Shown here piece by piece: positions 13,835 to 28,600 of a stretch of 64,000 nucleotides of DNA. The DNA is from Ptychomitrium polyphyllum (lineage: Eukaryota), in assembly GCA_973851085.1 (NCBI GenBank), contig OZ316775.1, positions 11,656,001-11,720,000 of the forward strand, read 5' to 3'. Within the stretch, counting starts at the first letter, position 1; every line of letters begins with the position of its first letter. The translations under genes and the position numbers were made by a program. The notes below the pieces were generated by a model. The model saw only the letters and a program-made list of their open reading frames with translations. It ran no database searches and was not told the origin of the DNA.

Positions 13835-16800
13835 TTGCCTTTCCTTTCTTTGGCACAAGGTATGATTGCCTAAACAAATCATCTAAATTTTTTTGATGTT
13901 TCATAGGTCAATATGTGATGCTAAAGTCAAATCCTAATGGAGACATGCTCCAATGATTCAAAACACAAAATGACATGAAAAACTCTAGATTCTTGTAATT
14001 CATATAAACAATCACAGGATGAATTGCACCTTCTAAGAAGTGGAAATATTCTTGAAAATAATCTATAATGACAAGAAATTCTTTATTGTGGATTTCATAA
14101 TTAATTCTTATAGTTTAAAATTTTCTAGAAGAAAAAGCAATTGGATGAAGCCGTCTTTTTTTTTCTCAATTGTGATAAGACTAGTTCCAATGCAAAGTCC
14201 ATGGCATTAGTTTCCATAAAGATTAATTTATCAAAATCTAGATGTATTAATTTGGAACTTGGAATAAAGATGGTCTTTAAGCTTTAAAAAGTTTTTTCCG
14301 CTTCAATTCTCCATTCCAACCTTTCCTTGCAGGTTAGCCATATAAGTAGAATAGCTATTTGAGAATAGTCTTTGATGAAGATTTTTAAAAGTTTACAAAT
14401 TCAAAAAAGCATTGGATATCATGTATTATGTTTGAAGTTGTCCACATTTATTGATGGCATCAACCTTCTTTGGATCCATCAGTAGGTCATCATTAAAAAA
14501 AATATAGTCAAGAAATTTTACTTATGACTTGTAGAATATACACATCTTCAACTTGGTGTACAACCTAGCATTTTGTAGTTATTGCAAAACAAGCTAGATG
14601 TGTTCTTCATACTCTTTTGGATCCTTTGAATATATCAAAATATCATCCAAGTACCATACGACAAAGTCATCAAGGTATTCACAAAATATATTATTCATTA
14701 AATGTTGGAATATAATTAGTGCATTGGTGCTTCCAAAAGGCATGACATTGTATTCAAAATATCTACACCTTATTTAAAATGTTGTCTTCCACTTATCCAC
14801 CTTCATGATGTGCATCAAGTTGTCAACCCTTTACAAATCTATTTGAATATAGATCATTGCTTGACTAAATTAATCAAAAAGTCAAATTATTAATGGCAAT
14901 GGATATTAATTCTTCATTATTACTTTGTTGAAGCCACAATAGTCAACACACATCTATAAAGATCCATTCTTCTTATTTACAAATAAAATAGATGCTTTAA
15001 GAAATGATTTGCATTGTTAGATGAATCCCTTTCAAGATTTCCATCAATATATTCTTTTTAAGGTAGCCAATTTAGTTTGTGATAGATTTTAGATAAGTCC
15101 TAAAGATGATTGTGCTTTTCTTTATAGCTCAATGGCACAAGTATAAGGTCAATGGTTGAATAATATATCCGCATTTTTTTTTCTAGTTACATCCTTATAA
15201 TCTTAGTATTGTTGAGATATGTCTTGAATTTCTTTTTTTGTATGGCCATTCATTAGTGTGGCATAAATGGCATAGACTATATTACCTTATGTTACCTTCA
15301 TAAATGCTTTAGCTCCAACAAATGATGACCAAAGATGTTTTCTATTTCAACAATCTTTTTGTAAATTAATATTTTGTGAGCATTAATTAATATCAAGGTT
15401 ATGCAATTCAAACAAAGGCAAGTCCTAAATAATTGGGTTTGTTTAACATTGGATGATATTAAAAATAATATAAGATATTTGGTTTCTTAAAATAACCTTT
15501 AAAGGCCAAGTTTCTTCAACAACATCACCAAATGCAAAAGATTATTCATTAATAATTTCAACGAGTGTAGAATGTTTCTTATTCACAAGCACTAGGTGAT
15601 ATTTGATTGCAAAATCCTTGTTCATGAAACATATTGATGCACATGTGTTTAAGAGGGCTTTACAAAAAACTTCACCATTTGGCAACTTAAATTTTATTAG
15701 AAGTGTAAAACAAAGAATACAATTGGAAGGTAATAAGAAACTTTTTTTTAACAAGTCACTCTTGGTGGTGTTCAATTTCATGGCTCCTATTGTGATTAGG
15801 AGTCTTTATTTTTCAACTTTTCTATTTCCAGTTTTGCGCTTTAAACCTTGTAGTTGTATCTTTTGATTTGATAGTTCAGATTACCACAATACAGGTATAT
15901 ATCTCTTCTTAGATGTCTATTCATTTCTTTTTAAAGTCAAGCATTTAAATTGGGCAACATTGATTTGCATTGGTTTTTGTTCCAATGATTGAATTTCTAA
16001 TACTTTTGGAAAAGCAATTGCCATATTTTGATATGTTGGTTTCCATTTAAAACATTATTCTTAGCGTTTTACAAATAAATTGTGAATACCTTCTATTGTT
16101 TGAGTAATGAATTTATTCAATGTACTTTTTTTGCATGATGAGTAGCAAATCTTTTATATTCTTCCTTAAATTCCATCAAAATTTATTGATTGGAGCCTTA
16201 TTATTCCAATTAAAGTTGGAGCCTTATTATTCCAATTAAAGTTGCAAGCCAATTGACAAAAATCTGCAATGAATACAACAACTAAACGCTATCCTTGTTG
16301 TAGACTTTAGATTCTTAGATTCTTGTTTCAACCATATTTTCTTAGTTGGTGTCTATAAATGTAGATGTCAACACTTCTATAAAAACATCTAAATAATTCA
16401 AAAAGTTTGGTTTCTTCTCCATTAATGATGCAAACCAAAATAATGCATTGTTTGATAGAATAGTAGCTACAAAATCAACTCAAGTAGTATTGTCAAGATA
16501 ATAAGACTGATGCAAATTAAAAAAGAGCTTTACTTATTGAATAAAGCTTTTTAACTTTGAATTTGATCCATCAAACTTGTATAGTATACTAATTTTTGGC
16601 AATGCAATCTTCAACATGAAAGATGTGCTATTTTACTTTGTTGGTGGTGTTGAAGTAAGCAAGCTCCTTCCAAGTTATATAAAATATTCCTTGAAGGTTT
16701 GCAATAGTTGCAAACTTGTTTTTTTATGTTCCTAATACATTATCCATAATTTCAAGAACTTCATATACTTTCAAAGGAATGATTAATGTACTCAAAATTA

Positions 16801-17384
16801 ACAAAGAAAAAAGAATTAGTGTCAATATCCAAGGGGGTGATTCACGTTATATAAAAGATTTTTTTCAAAAGAAATAATCTTTGCTTTTGAAGAAAAAAAA
16901 TCAATGTAGTTCTAGTATTAGCTTAGAAGAGAGTAATTTGCAATTCATAAGACGCTCTAGTATTTTGGAAAAGATGGATGATTCACTATTTTCTTAAAAA
17001 AAAACCTTAATTTTGACAAAGATAAAATAGTCTTGACAAAACTACTATGGATGAAAAGGCAAGATAAAAAAAATAAGATTAACTAGATTTTATATGAAGA
17101 ATAAAAAACCATGACAAGGTATAAGACAAAATGTCTAAACTAGGCCATAAGAGATGTGTTGTCAAGATTTAAGATCTCTTCAACCTCAACTCCTATATAT
17201 ATTAAAAAGTATAAGCCTTAGAAGCTTCTTAAGAAGCTTCCAACACAAGGCTTTGTACTCAAGTAATTTCTAATTGTTACATCAAAAACTTCTTTGTCCA
17301 AAATAATTGCCGTAGAAGCTTCATTAATCTTCTTGAACCTTTTAAAAGCCTTTCCAAAAACTTTTAATATGTATATCAATGACA
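13835..17384 (-). mobile_element. Gypsy/chromovirus element B, proximal part (5' LTR, gag, PR, RT, RNaseH)
   Basis: Second decayed gag-pol copy: gag near 16580-16250, protease KALLNTCASICFMNKDF (15781-15542), RT with YLDDIF at ~14650, RNaseH ending LFRQSYLVPKKGKA at 13835. LTR at ~17047-17384. Confidence 0.85.
17047..17384 (-). repeat. LTR of element B
   Basis: Minus strand starts TGTCATTG at 17384; TATA at ~17194-17203; homologous to 17790-18089. Left boundary approximate. Confidence 0.7.
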
Positions 17385-17789
17385 CACCCTTGTATTCAAC
17401 TACCTACTTCTACTATTCTAGTACCTATTAAGTTAACAACATTCATTGCTAAAGTATCTTTTGTCCACTTTATAAAACTTAATTCCATGGATGTTAAAGC
17501 CATGGTATTAAGTGGTTCTAATAGTGATTGTATAAAAGCCATAGATCTCACAAATACCTTGTTCATTCTATTAAAATCAATTGATTCTTGTCAATTGGAC
17601 TTGTCAATGTCCATTTTTAACCTTTATTCATCATCTTCTTCATTTGCTAAAAGACCTCATCTATCATTGAGTTCCAAAAAATCATGTCATATCAATGATG
17701 CAATAAAACTTACCAAATCAAGATAGAGAGAATAAAATTTGACCTATTTGCTATTAATTATACTACTAATATTTCTCTAAGATATGTCC

Positions 17790-18089
17790 AAGGTATATGA
17801 GAAGTAAAGAATTATCACAAGATAAAAAGACAAGGCCAAAAGATCTGAGCAAAACCACAAGAGATGCGTTGTCAAAACTGAAGATCACTTTAACCTTAAT
17901 TCCTATAAATACTAGGACTACAAGCCTTGGAAGCTTCTTGAAAAGCTTATATTTCTTTGTATTCAAGCAACCTTGAGTTGCTTCTTTAGAAACTTTCTAA
18001 GGCCAAGGCAACTTCTTTGGAAGCTTCTTTAGCCTTCCTAAACCATCTAATAACTTTTATAAATGCTTCTAATATGTATGCCGATGACA
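17790..18089 (-). repeat. Second, diverged and truncated B-family LTR
   Basis: Colinear with ~17090-17384 (gagatgYgttgtcaa, cctataWat, gaagcttctt, aatatgtat..atgaca). Confidence 0.75.
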
Positions 18090-21000
18090 ATTTGTTTATC
18101 AAGTCAAAAAGAGAATATCAAGCATTGCAAGCCACTATTGGCTATTTATACAAAATCAAATTATGAAAAGGTCCTTGTGGTACTTTAATATTAATGTATG
18201 ATAGAATGCTTTTGCAACCAAATTTAATAGAAGAGTGCAACGATTATGAATGGCTATTACATCTTAAGGATTGTAATAATTTCCAAGGAGTATGAAACTA
18301 TTGTTATTCTTGCTTCCAACGGAAATAACACCTACTTTGTCTTTGTTAACAATTTGGAACAAAACTTGTTCCAACTTCATTAAGATGTCCTCTACATCTT
18401 TAGAAAAAAATTGGCAATGGATGTATAGTAAGAATTTCTATTATATAGTAAAGTACTCCTATAATGTAAAGTATGCAACATGGACATTCATTTATGCCCT
18501 TTTCTTTTCTCACCACAAAGTTATGTACATTTTGGAATTAGCTATTGTTATAGATTTGGAGATTTTTGATTTATTCAATGCTTGGTAATTTTGAATGATT
18601 ATATATTTAATGATTTGGCTTATGTTTAAATTCCTTTCCTACAAAAGTACTACTTAAAGTGCATTTCTTATTGACATGTAATATTTTCATTCTTGCTATT
18701 TATTTAAAAATGTTAAATTAAAAACTTTGTCACAATCATATATTTATTTTTGTATAAATTTAGTAATTCTTTAAAAAAAAAATATCCATTGTTCACATGT
18801 TACTATTTATTGTTCACATATTATTGCTGACTGATTATTGCACATGGTTCACCATCCATCATTTAGCTTCTTTCTTAATTTGTGTAGTCAAATTATTTTT
18901 GCAAAACAGTATGATTTCTACATCCTTAAAAATAACTTACAATATGTTGGTTTCAGATTGATTGAATCATATTTTTTAATTAATTTTATGTATTTAAATT
19001 ATAATTATTACAATTATTATTCAAGTCATATCAATTTATAACTTAAAATTCTAATTGAAGCATTTTTAAAATGATTAATTCTTAGAATATAACTTACACT
19101 TTTGATTTTATCAAAGCTTTATTCACACATATACATCATAATAACATATATCTATATACCTATGCCAATCAAGTTAACATATAAATCTATAAAATAAAAT
19201 AATTATATAATTAATTTCTAAAAGTGTCAAATGTCATTTTTTGATACCTTTAATAATAAAATTTGAAGGTCCACTTTTATTTTATTTAAAGCCTAGTTTC
19301 AATAACATTAGTTAGACTGGATTTTAAATCATATTTTATCTTTTGAACAAGAAACTTGCAATAATTTTAGATTCTCTAAAGATTTGACAAATAATTTAAT
19401 ATAATAGATTTGATTTTAAATACCTTTTGTTTTGTAAAATATAAATCAAGTTTTAATCGTACAAGGTCATTTTTAGGGATATTGGCTTATTTTAATTAAC
19501 TGATTTTGTCAAAATGTAATTTTAGATGAAGTTAAACAACTTATTTATTAAAAATTACCTCATAAAATAATTTTTATATTAGAATTTCAACTTCATAATG
19601 TAACCACCTAAATTTTTGAATTAATTTTGATATTAAAACATTATAATCTTTTAATAGATGAAATTTCATGATTTCAAACTTATTCTATATTATTTATGAT
19701 AAATTTATTCTTAGCATGTATAAATGAGTTTTTCAAATATAATAATTTTTGTAGATTGTAAAGAAAAATCTCTCTTCATAAATTAATCAAAAAAAATAAA
19801 AATCTTTTGCTTTAAATTGTACCAGGTTACATCTTAATTTAATTGATTTTGAAATTATGTTAATCACAATATGATTGATTTTTGTCAAATGAATACACGC
19901 TAATTTTCCAATTTGCAAAACATTGAAATATTTTCATCTTGCATTTCTAAAACAAAGTATATCAGTGTTCTAAAAAAGATGAGAATATAAAAGAGTAATA
20001 ATGAATGGTTGTCATTTGATACTACATGCACAATGGCTTCAGAAGAAACTAGATTCTTGCAAGCCATTTTTCCCAAACAAATAGTAATTTACAAATGTAA
20101 TTGCATTGAATTCTATATGTGGTTATTTAAATGTTCTTTTGGCTTTATTAGAAATTCTTTTGTTTTTTCAAAAATGAAGAGATTTTTCAAAACAATAGTC
20201 TTTGTAGCAAAGAAACAAGTATTGGTAATGTGTGCAATTTTATATCATTGATATGATCTACACTTATGGAGTTGTAATGTCTTTGAAAATTTTGGTTTAT
20301 TTTCATTGAATCCGAAATCAAAAGCTGATGTGTAGAATTAAGTTTTTTATAAATTGAAGTCTCAATGAGTATATTCCCTTGAAGTCAATCAATGTCTGCT
20401 ATAGCACAACCTTCTTCTAAACCAATATGAAGAGAAACAAGGATCCAAAGTATGCTTCCAAAAATGTAAAATTATATAATCTAAAAACATATAGAAAACA
20501 AATTACACTTATTCAAAACCTAGGTTTCAAAAAGATTTAGTAATTATATGAATTCTATGTAGTTTTTGGAAAATTACATGAAGACTATTGATAATTTTTT
20601 CCATGCTCACAGTTCACTTCTCAAAAGATAACATTCTTGCTATTACACCCAAATAAGAAGCAATTTTGAGAGGTTAAAAAGAAAGTAAGCAGATGACTTT
20701 CTGGATAACTTTTTCGCCCAAAAACGAGTCATAACCTTTTGTTGCAACTGCTTAACAATGATGGCACAAAATAGCTTAGATATGACTCAGTTGTTGCACA
20801 ACAACTAGAATACTGCTGAAATGTACTACAGCCTAACATGTGGGCAGCTTCAGATCTTGGTCACTTTTGGGTGGTCCTATGTTGTGAGCATAAACTTTGT
20901 CAACTCTGATATTGTTGAATCTGTAGGACCATTGGTTTTTTCATATCTACATCACATGATCACAGAGTCTACATAAGATTTATAATTTCAAAGAACCCTT

Positions 21001-24000
21001 ATAAATAGAGAGAATGTTATATGGATACTATGCTCTTTCTCATTGAGAAGGTGCATTTTCAATACTTCTTTGTCCAATATCTACATAACTCTTGCATTCA
21101 TTTGTGCCAAAAATTAAAACTACTTACAGTAACTTGAAAAAATTCCTGCCAATGCCATTCAAACTTGAGACTTAGTAAAATGAGACTAAAATGTTCCCAT
21201 GTCATGTAAAGGAAAATATAGTTGATTTATACCATCATGAGCATTAATATTGAGACCATTACCATATCAGCCACATTAGCAATTGCAATTCCTGAATCCT
21301 CATGGGTGTAAGAGAGCTCTCATGCACAATGCTGGCCAGCTGACATGAATAGAATGTTGGATATAGCAACCGTCAATCCCTTCACTCCTGCACAGCACCC
21401 TAGGAAGTTGAGGTCAGTTTCTCTACCATCCAATTTTATTCACCATTTTTATAAGCATGGCCAGCCAGGAGCCTAAACTACATGTTCAACAGTGATGAAG
21501 TCCAGTCCCTTGCCAGAAGGAAGGAAGCCCCACATTTCACCATTACCCAAAATGTTTCTTACACTCACCTCAACAGTTTGTCAACCACCAACCACCAAAT
21601 TTTACATACAACCCGTTTGAAGCTTCTTAGTCCCAATTTGGTGGCTGCAAATTAGTAGAATGAGTGTCAGAAACATTTTAAGAAATGGTAAAATGTGGGG
21701 CTGAACAATACTCCGAAATTGCACTTCTGTACTCCTGACAATACCCGGAAGTGATATGCTTTGCTAACCAGCTGGTACCATATTTGTACAGCAAGCAAAA
21801 CTCCAAGCCTGTCCAGACTCCACAGTCCTGGACTCCTGAGTCATTCACAAGGTATACTTGAGCAATCTTGTGCCTTTATGGCTCACTGTATGTCCTGATG
21901 CATGACCATGACTACAACAGTTAAGAACTAAAGAGATCACTGTTGATAAGTGGCTTATCAGAAATGAGTCAGGGGTACATGCTTCTGTTCAGCAAGTTCT
22001 GTAGCAAAGCTTGTAAGGTAGACTCCCAACAATCTCCATTTATTAATAGACCATACCAAATGTGAAATGGAAAGTGAAGGTGGGTGGAGCACCATGTAAC
22101 ATCTACATGGATCATAACTTCTTCTCACCCATGGTTCTGGGTGCTTTTTAAACCATATGTGGGATCTTATTATTTTGAATTATAACAATTTGCTAAAACA
22201 TCATGATAAATGTGAAAAATTTGTTTTTGTTAAAATAATATATCTTTCTAACATGGGGACTTTGTAGAAATTATTCCATTTAAAACTTGGATCTCCACCT
22301 ATACCCAATTGCTTAACCTTTTTGTGATTAAATTGTCTCATGACCAAATGATGACCAAATGATGTTAGATATTAGATTTGATTCTTTACAACAAAGATGA
22401 CAAAATTAACTCTTTATGTATCAATAAATCATTTTATAGACGAACTTAAAAAATTCATATATTTATATATACATGAGAAAAGTCCATAATATGCTATAAT
22501 ACTAGAAGAAGTCAAATCATTGAATATTATTTCTTTTGTAGAGCTTCTTGCCTTATAACTCCTACTAAATGTTAGGTCAAATAAGGCCATGGACAGCTTG
22601 ATCATGAAAGAATTGAAATGGTGGTTATGGAGAATCTTGCTTAGTGTTGTTTGGCAGTGTTGAGAATATTTGTCAACTCCAAGAGGATTCTTTGTGAATA
22701 ATACTTGATTTCCAGATCATGCAACCTTAAAATGCAGGCAGTATACTTGTCAAGTACAACTTGTTTGACATAATAATGCTAGATTATCTCTACATTGTTT
22801 AATCAGAAATTCTTCTTTGTGGCAATGTAGGCTGGCCTGTAGCTGAAGCCTGAAGGGATTAATATTAATATTTATATGAGATGAAATTATACATTAAAGG
22901 TCATGTCCATCAACATGGCTCTCACTTTATGTATATGAGAGAAGCTGTGTGTTCTTTTGAGGTCTTGAGGGTAACCGTACACTGGGCTGTAAACTTTAGC
23001 AATTTCTGTGTTGCTATGTCACAACACCAGGTTGGTTGTCTCTTGGAAAGACTGAACTTGGGAATCAGGTGGATAAGGATGGTTGCATGATAGGCAAGCT
23101 TTGGGCAGAGGAGGATCTTGTTGATCAATACATACAGTGACTAGCACTTGGTAATCTCGCCCAAACTGGTCTATAATGAGAATCATTGAATGAGGTTTGG
23201 CATAGTGAATTTGACTACCTATTTGACTGAGATTGGATCCATTAATATGTGTCATTTTCCCTCATAATATTCCAATTTCTTTGCGTACAAACTTACAGGC
23301 AGACTGATATTTCCACACATTCAAGTTATATATAACATTCTTACCCACTTTACTTTCTCTAGGGATGAGTCTCATATTGTGTAAAATTCCCTAAATTATG
23401 TCAATAGGTGGGTTGGGAATATGTTTAGAAAATCTCCCCTTTAAATTTTTTGTGAGGAAGGATGTCATGTAGTTTCACTAGGAGTAAGAGAGTGTGACAA
23501 TACTTGTTGAACAACAAGTGTATGCATTTGGCACTATTAAGCTACACAATCAAGCTTATGAGGTTTCCATATAACAAAACTATCTGAAATATGGCTGGTA
23601 AATTCTTAAGTGGCCATTCATTGTAGCTGCAACCCTTTTTTCCCCATCCAGGGCTAAGCTGACACCCTCTCAAGGGCCTCTATCTTCTCCCTTTATCAGT
23701 GCCATCATCCCTGTATCACCCTACATGTTCATACTATTTTTACAGCCACTCCCAGCACCATTTGAGTGTTTTTCATTGAATAATTCCACTATATACAAGT
23801 TTCATCTGAGTCTCTGCCACTGCCTTTTTTTCACTTCATGAACCTGGTACCTCATCACAATCACATGAATTTACAGGCCCAGCAAGTTAGATGGCCTCTC
23901 CTGAGTCCCCCCCACCTAATGGGCCATTTCAATAAAAGTGGAAGGTGAGATGGTTGCATCAGATTCCCCCTTGCAATGACCTTTTTTGCTTACCTTTCTC

Positions 24001-25657
24001 ACCTTTAATAAATACTAGAGCATGCAGATCGTTGCAGAGTCATCATCACCCCCCCTGACAAGTTGACAAATTACATGATACCTCCGTGAAATTGCACATA
24101 AAAACTTAACTCATCACACAGACCAGAAAAGATGAAAGAGGAACCTAGAAAAAAGATCCCAATGCTCGCATGCTAACCTGCAGTAGAAATCAATTCTGTT
24201 GCAAAAGAATTAATCTTTCCATTTGGGGAGTCAGATCCCAGGGAATCCTAACTCTGGTATCGTCAATGACAACTGGAAGCATTCAAACGCATTTAAGGGC
24301 ACCCTGACATTCCCCTACTCAGAAACACTAATCCACATGTTTAGCACTGATTCCAGCTCAGTGACTCTCACTTACATGCCCTCCTGCGAAGGCCACCCAG
24401 TTTGGACTTCTTCTCTTGTCCCTTCAACACCAAGCATCACAACCTCCCAGCGGTAAAGGCACCAGTATTGCACCGGCAGAAGAAAAGTCAGTCCCAATTT
24501 AGTCCAAACTCACACCTTTGGGGAGAGATTGCAGGAGTTCTCATTCCTTGTTATGTTGCGAGCATGGCAGACAGAGCCTGCGCTGTGATGTTCAATCACT
24601 TCCACGACAGACAGGCATCCATGTGCTGGAATGCTGCGGTGCCCATAAGGCGACATGGCCGCCTGGCAACGCTATTACTCTAAGTTGTTTGCTTGAGGCC
24701 ATCAGAGTGAATGAGTTCATAACCATGACTATGGTAGCTGGAGTTTTCCAGTTCATTGTCCTTCTCTGTTTGAAGTAGTCGAAATAGTTGAAGTTGTTTT
24801 AATCTTTCCTTTTCTATTTTCGTGAGATTGGAGCTTCCCACGAGTTTTTGTTTGCGTGTGTGCGTGTATTCAAATCTTTCTGGAAGTGGAGATAGTCGGA
24901 GGCTTCGTGCTTGACGGTGTCAGTTGGGTTTTGTTTTTTGGGGAGGTTACTGGAGTAAGATTAGAATGTTTCCCTCACCTGCTTGCAAGTTGCGTGCAAT
25001 GTGTGTGTATAGTTCTAGGAGATTGTTTGAGATTTGAAGGAACAGACTCTTGTTCATCCCCGCTGGTCTCAAGTAGAGGTCGGAGTTTTATTGTTCTTTG
25101 AGATTGGCAACTGTGTCCAAGAGTGACGATGTGACCCTTGTGTTTCGTTCTGCTCTTTCGGAATTCGTTTACGTTCTTGTTTTCAGTAAAGTCGCGAATT
25201 TTCTGAGGCCTTATGTTGGTTTCTAGCAACCATGGCAGAGGTTGTTTGTCCCGCACAAGATGTGCATTCAAAGATCGAACCGGTAGCAGCGTGGATAGAT
25301 CAACTCTGAAGTTTAGAGTGGTACTCTAAGAGGCTGAAATAGAAGTTATAGAAGCTGCTGTTCCTTGTTGGTTGCGTTGCACTTACACTTTTTCGCTGTG
25401 TGTGATCATACCTACCCTTCCTTCACCTCTAGTCAATCACTACACCTGTCATCATTTCCTAAAGGTGTCTGCAAAACACAACCATTCTTTACTCTCAAGG
25501 TCCTCCATCGTTTCACAGAAGCTCAATTTTGCAGTTGTCTCTCTGATCGAGTTGCCCGCAAGACAGAATTAGAATGACTTCCGTGATCCTATTCAGAGTC
25601 ATGGATTTCAACTTATAATTTGTTTGGCTGGAGCATCTGGTTGGCATTCAACCCCAA

Positions 25658-28600
25658 ATGGCTGCGGCTGCTGCTCTTCGAGGGAGCGGCCAAGGAAGCA
25701 GAAGCTCCAGCAGCAACAGCAACAGCAGCTCCTGCACACGCTTGGTACCCGGCCCTGTCATCACCGTGTCACCGTCTCACACTCTGGACTACGACTGCAC
25801 AGACTGCGGTTCATTCCTGTTTGGTCACCGTGGTAGGCTTCGTCCTCGCCAACAAGTGAGCCGGAGCAGCAGCAGCAATCACCACGTTCGAGGCAACAAC
25901 GACACCTCTGAACCGGCCCAGGTACACCACCATCGCCATTCCCCGTATTATTGTTACAATTCATCTTAAGAGCTCATCTCCTGTTGTTCTGGGGGGTTCT
26001 TATTTTGCAGTTACAGAGTGAGGGCTAATTGATTTGAATGAAGGCTGAGTATTATGTCGAATCACTAAACTTCGACTTCCATTTCAATGATCTTTTACAA
26101 TTTAATGTTAAACATGGATTTTGCTGGAAAGGGTTTAAAAATAACGGAAAGGGGGTTAATCTCGGCGTGCATTGAGAATAACGGTAACTGCTTGCCGTTA
26201 CAGTTTACCTTGATTGGAGGTCAGCCTGTTAGTGTGTCCACTCTGAATTAAGTATAAGGGTAGAATATTTGAGAAAATGAGTCCGCTGACAACACTGATT
26301 TTGGACCTTGTTTGAGAAAAATCAGTTCTTGACCTAATCTGCCATGTTTGATATTCTGCCCTTTTGATGATTTCTGAATGCAAGTTGAAGAACTTTGTTT
26401 CGTGAAGTTATTGCAGGCTCATGCACAGCGTCTCCTCTTAGTCCGTTCCACAACCGTGCATCACCCATTGGTGTCACAGCACATGATTCTTCCACAGAAC
26501 GAGCAGCTGTCTTCCTTTCCTCAGGCAACGGAGCCTGAAGACATTGTGGACTCCATAAACGTCACAACAGGCCTTTCGAATGTTAGTGAGCCAATTTCGT
26601 TGCAGGCCTCGGACGATGAGGTGGAGGAGGTGGGGTACCAGAGAGTAGGGGATTTTGTGGCATGCCATGGGGCTACACCCGTCATGGTGGACACCGTAAA
26701 TGATTCTTCCTCAACGTTGGCAGAGATTTTCCGGTGCTTCATTTGTCTTGGAAAGGTTGGTTGATCCATATTCTCATCCACCCATCTATCATTCTCAAGT
26801 TCTGTAGAGGTAGGGCTGATATCAAACTACCAACTAGGTTTCACCTTGTGCACTTCTTGACGAATTCTCATAATTTGCTGTGTTACTTCAGGTTGTTGAT
26901 GCCCAGCTATGTCCATGTTGTTCCAAGCTGGTGTGTCAACCATGTATCAAGGTTAGTAGTGTCATACTCCTTTAATTGCAAAGGTGTTGCTGGGGCCTTC
27001 AGAATGTTCAAAATCTATTGAATTTTCAGAAATGTTGTAACTGAGAAAATTGTCGATGGAACTCTCACTCACATTGAGTCTTGTGCGACTAATCCAAGCT
27101 TTGGATACTAATTTTGTTGTTTCTGATCTGCAGAGATGGCTCACAGATCAGAAATCAGAGTGCCCACATTGCCGTGCACCCCTCCTTGTCTCGCAGCTTG
27201 TGAGTTGCCGATTCATTTCCGAAATATCTTTGGTGAGAACTCTTTCTCTCACTCACTCCTACGTGTTATCATTAAGTGTAACAGACTGCGTGTTTTGTAT
27301 CTGACATCATTGTCGGCAAACGATCTTTCTTTCTTTAAGTGCAACTTTGATCTTTTTATGATGATGCGGAGGCATGAGAGTATTTTTTCTCTGATGCATT
27401 GCAGGAAGTCGAGAAGATTCAAGGAAAACTCGGTGACAGTCCAATGGAAAAGGTGACCTATTCTTTTCTGCTTTATTGATGATTCTACCAATGCTATCCT
27501 CCAGTTTATTCTCTTAGACAATAGTAGCGCATTGGAACTAAGGTACTTGGAAGAGCTGTTAGAACCTGCATAAAGGTTGTCCTTCCACAATCTAGAGAGT
27601 TAAAAACCTGTCGTTCTTTCAATTATTGATTCTTTAAAATTCCCTAATCAACACTGGCTTTCAGATTTGGGAATGATGTTGACGTTATTTGATTTGATGT
27701 GGGTGGGTGGAAAAATAGCAGTACTGTCCCGCTCATGATAGCCCTCTTCTCTATTTTTGTACCACATGCTCAGTGGCTGTGTGCTCGGACTGTGCCGTGT
27801 TGATTGAGGTACACTTCTTGTCTCGACCTCAATGTTTGACTCAGTATTCATCTGAAACTTTGCAGCTCAAAGTGTGGTATTCGATTTGACTGAATTTTGT
27901 ATAACTTTGTCAGGATCATCGAAATCACACATTTGAGAAGCTGAGTGTGGCGTATGGTCGTCACAAGAAGAAGATTCGCATGGAAGCTGCTGGCTTACGC
28001 AGTCGCCGAAAGGTATTGGTTTGAGTTAGATATTCGCTGATAATTGGTTTAAGCTATTCATTCTAAGCCCTGAATAAGTATTTCACAAAGTGTTCGGAAA
28101 ATCGGATGATCTCACATTCCTACCCACGTTTCAGGAACTTTCTGCACTGGTGGCATCAATTGATAAAAATATTGAAACTGTGCTAAAGGTTCGCGATTCG
28201 TCAACCTTCCTTCATAACAGCAGATGATCTTAAATTCAATATATCTGCATCATCGTGTGCATTATATCAACAGTTTTAAATCAAGCAAGACTCTCAACTT
28301 TGCATGTTCTTGCTTGTAACGACAGTCGAAGGACGAGTCCGCAGCTGAGCTTCAGATGACATTCAAAAGAATGCAGGTGAACTCTACCCGTCATTTCAGA
28401 GCCACGAGTGGGTTTCCCTTCTCGGTTTTTAATATTTATATGTGAAAATGGTTCTTCTTCTGATGACTGGTGGATGTTATCGCAGTCTCGGCTTGAAGAG
28501 CAGCTCAAATGCAAGCTACTGGCGTTACTTGCACAGAAGGGTTCTATGACTCAAGAAGTAAGTGTTCCTTCTAGTGCACTTAATTTTTCAGCTAATATTA

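Noticed and set aside
16190..16241. 26-bp direct duplication within element B gag
   Set aside because: A real but ordinary slippage or repair duplication in a dead element.
18100..24200. Short ORFs in the long intergenic stretch
   Set aside because: No recognisable domains or consistent splice structure. Decayed repeats or a pseudogene cannot be excluded.
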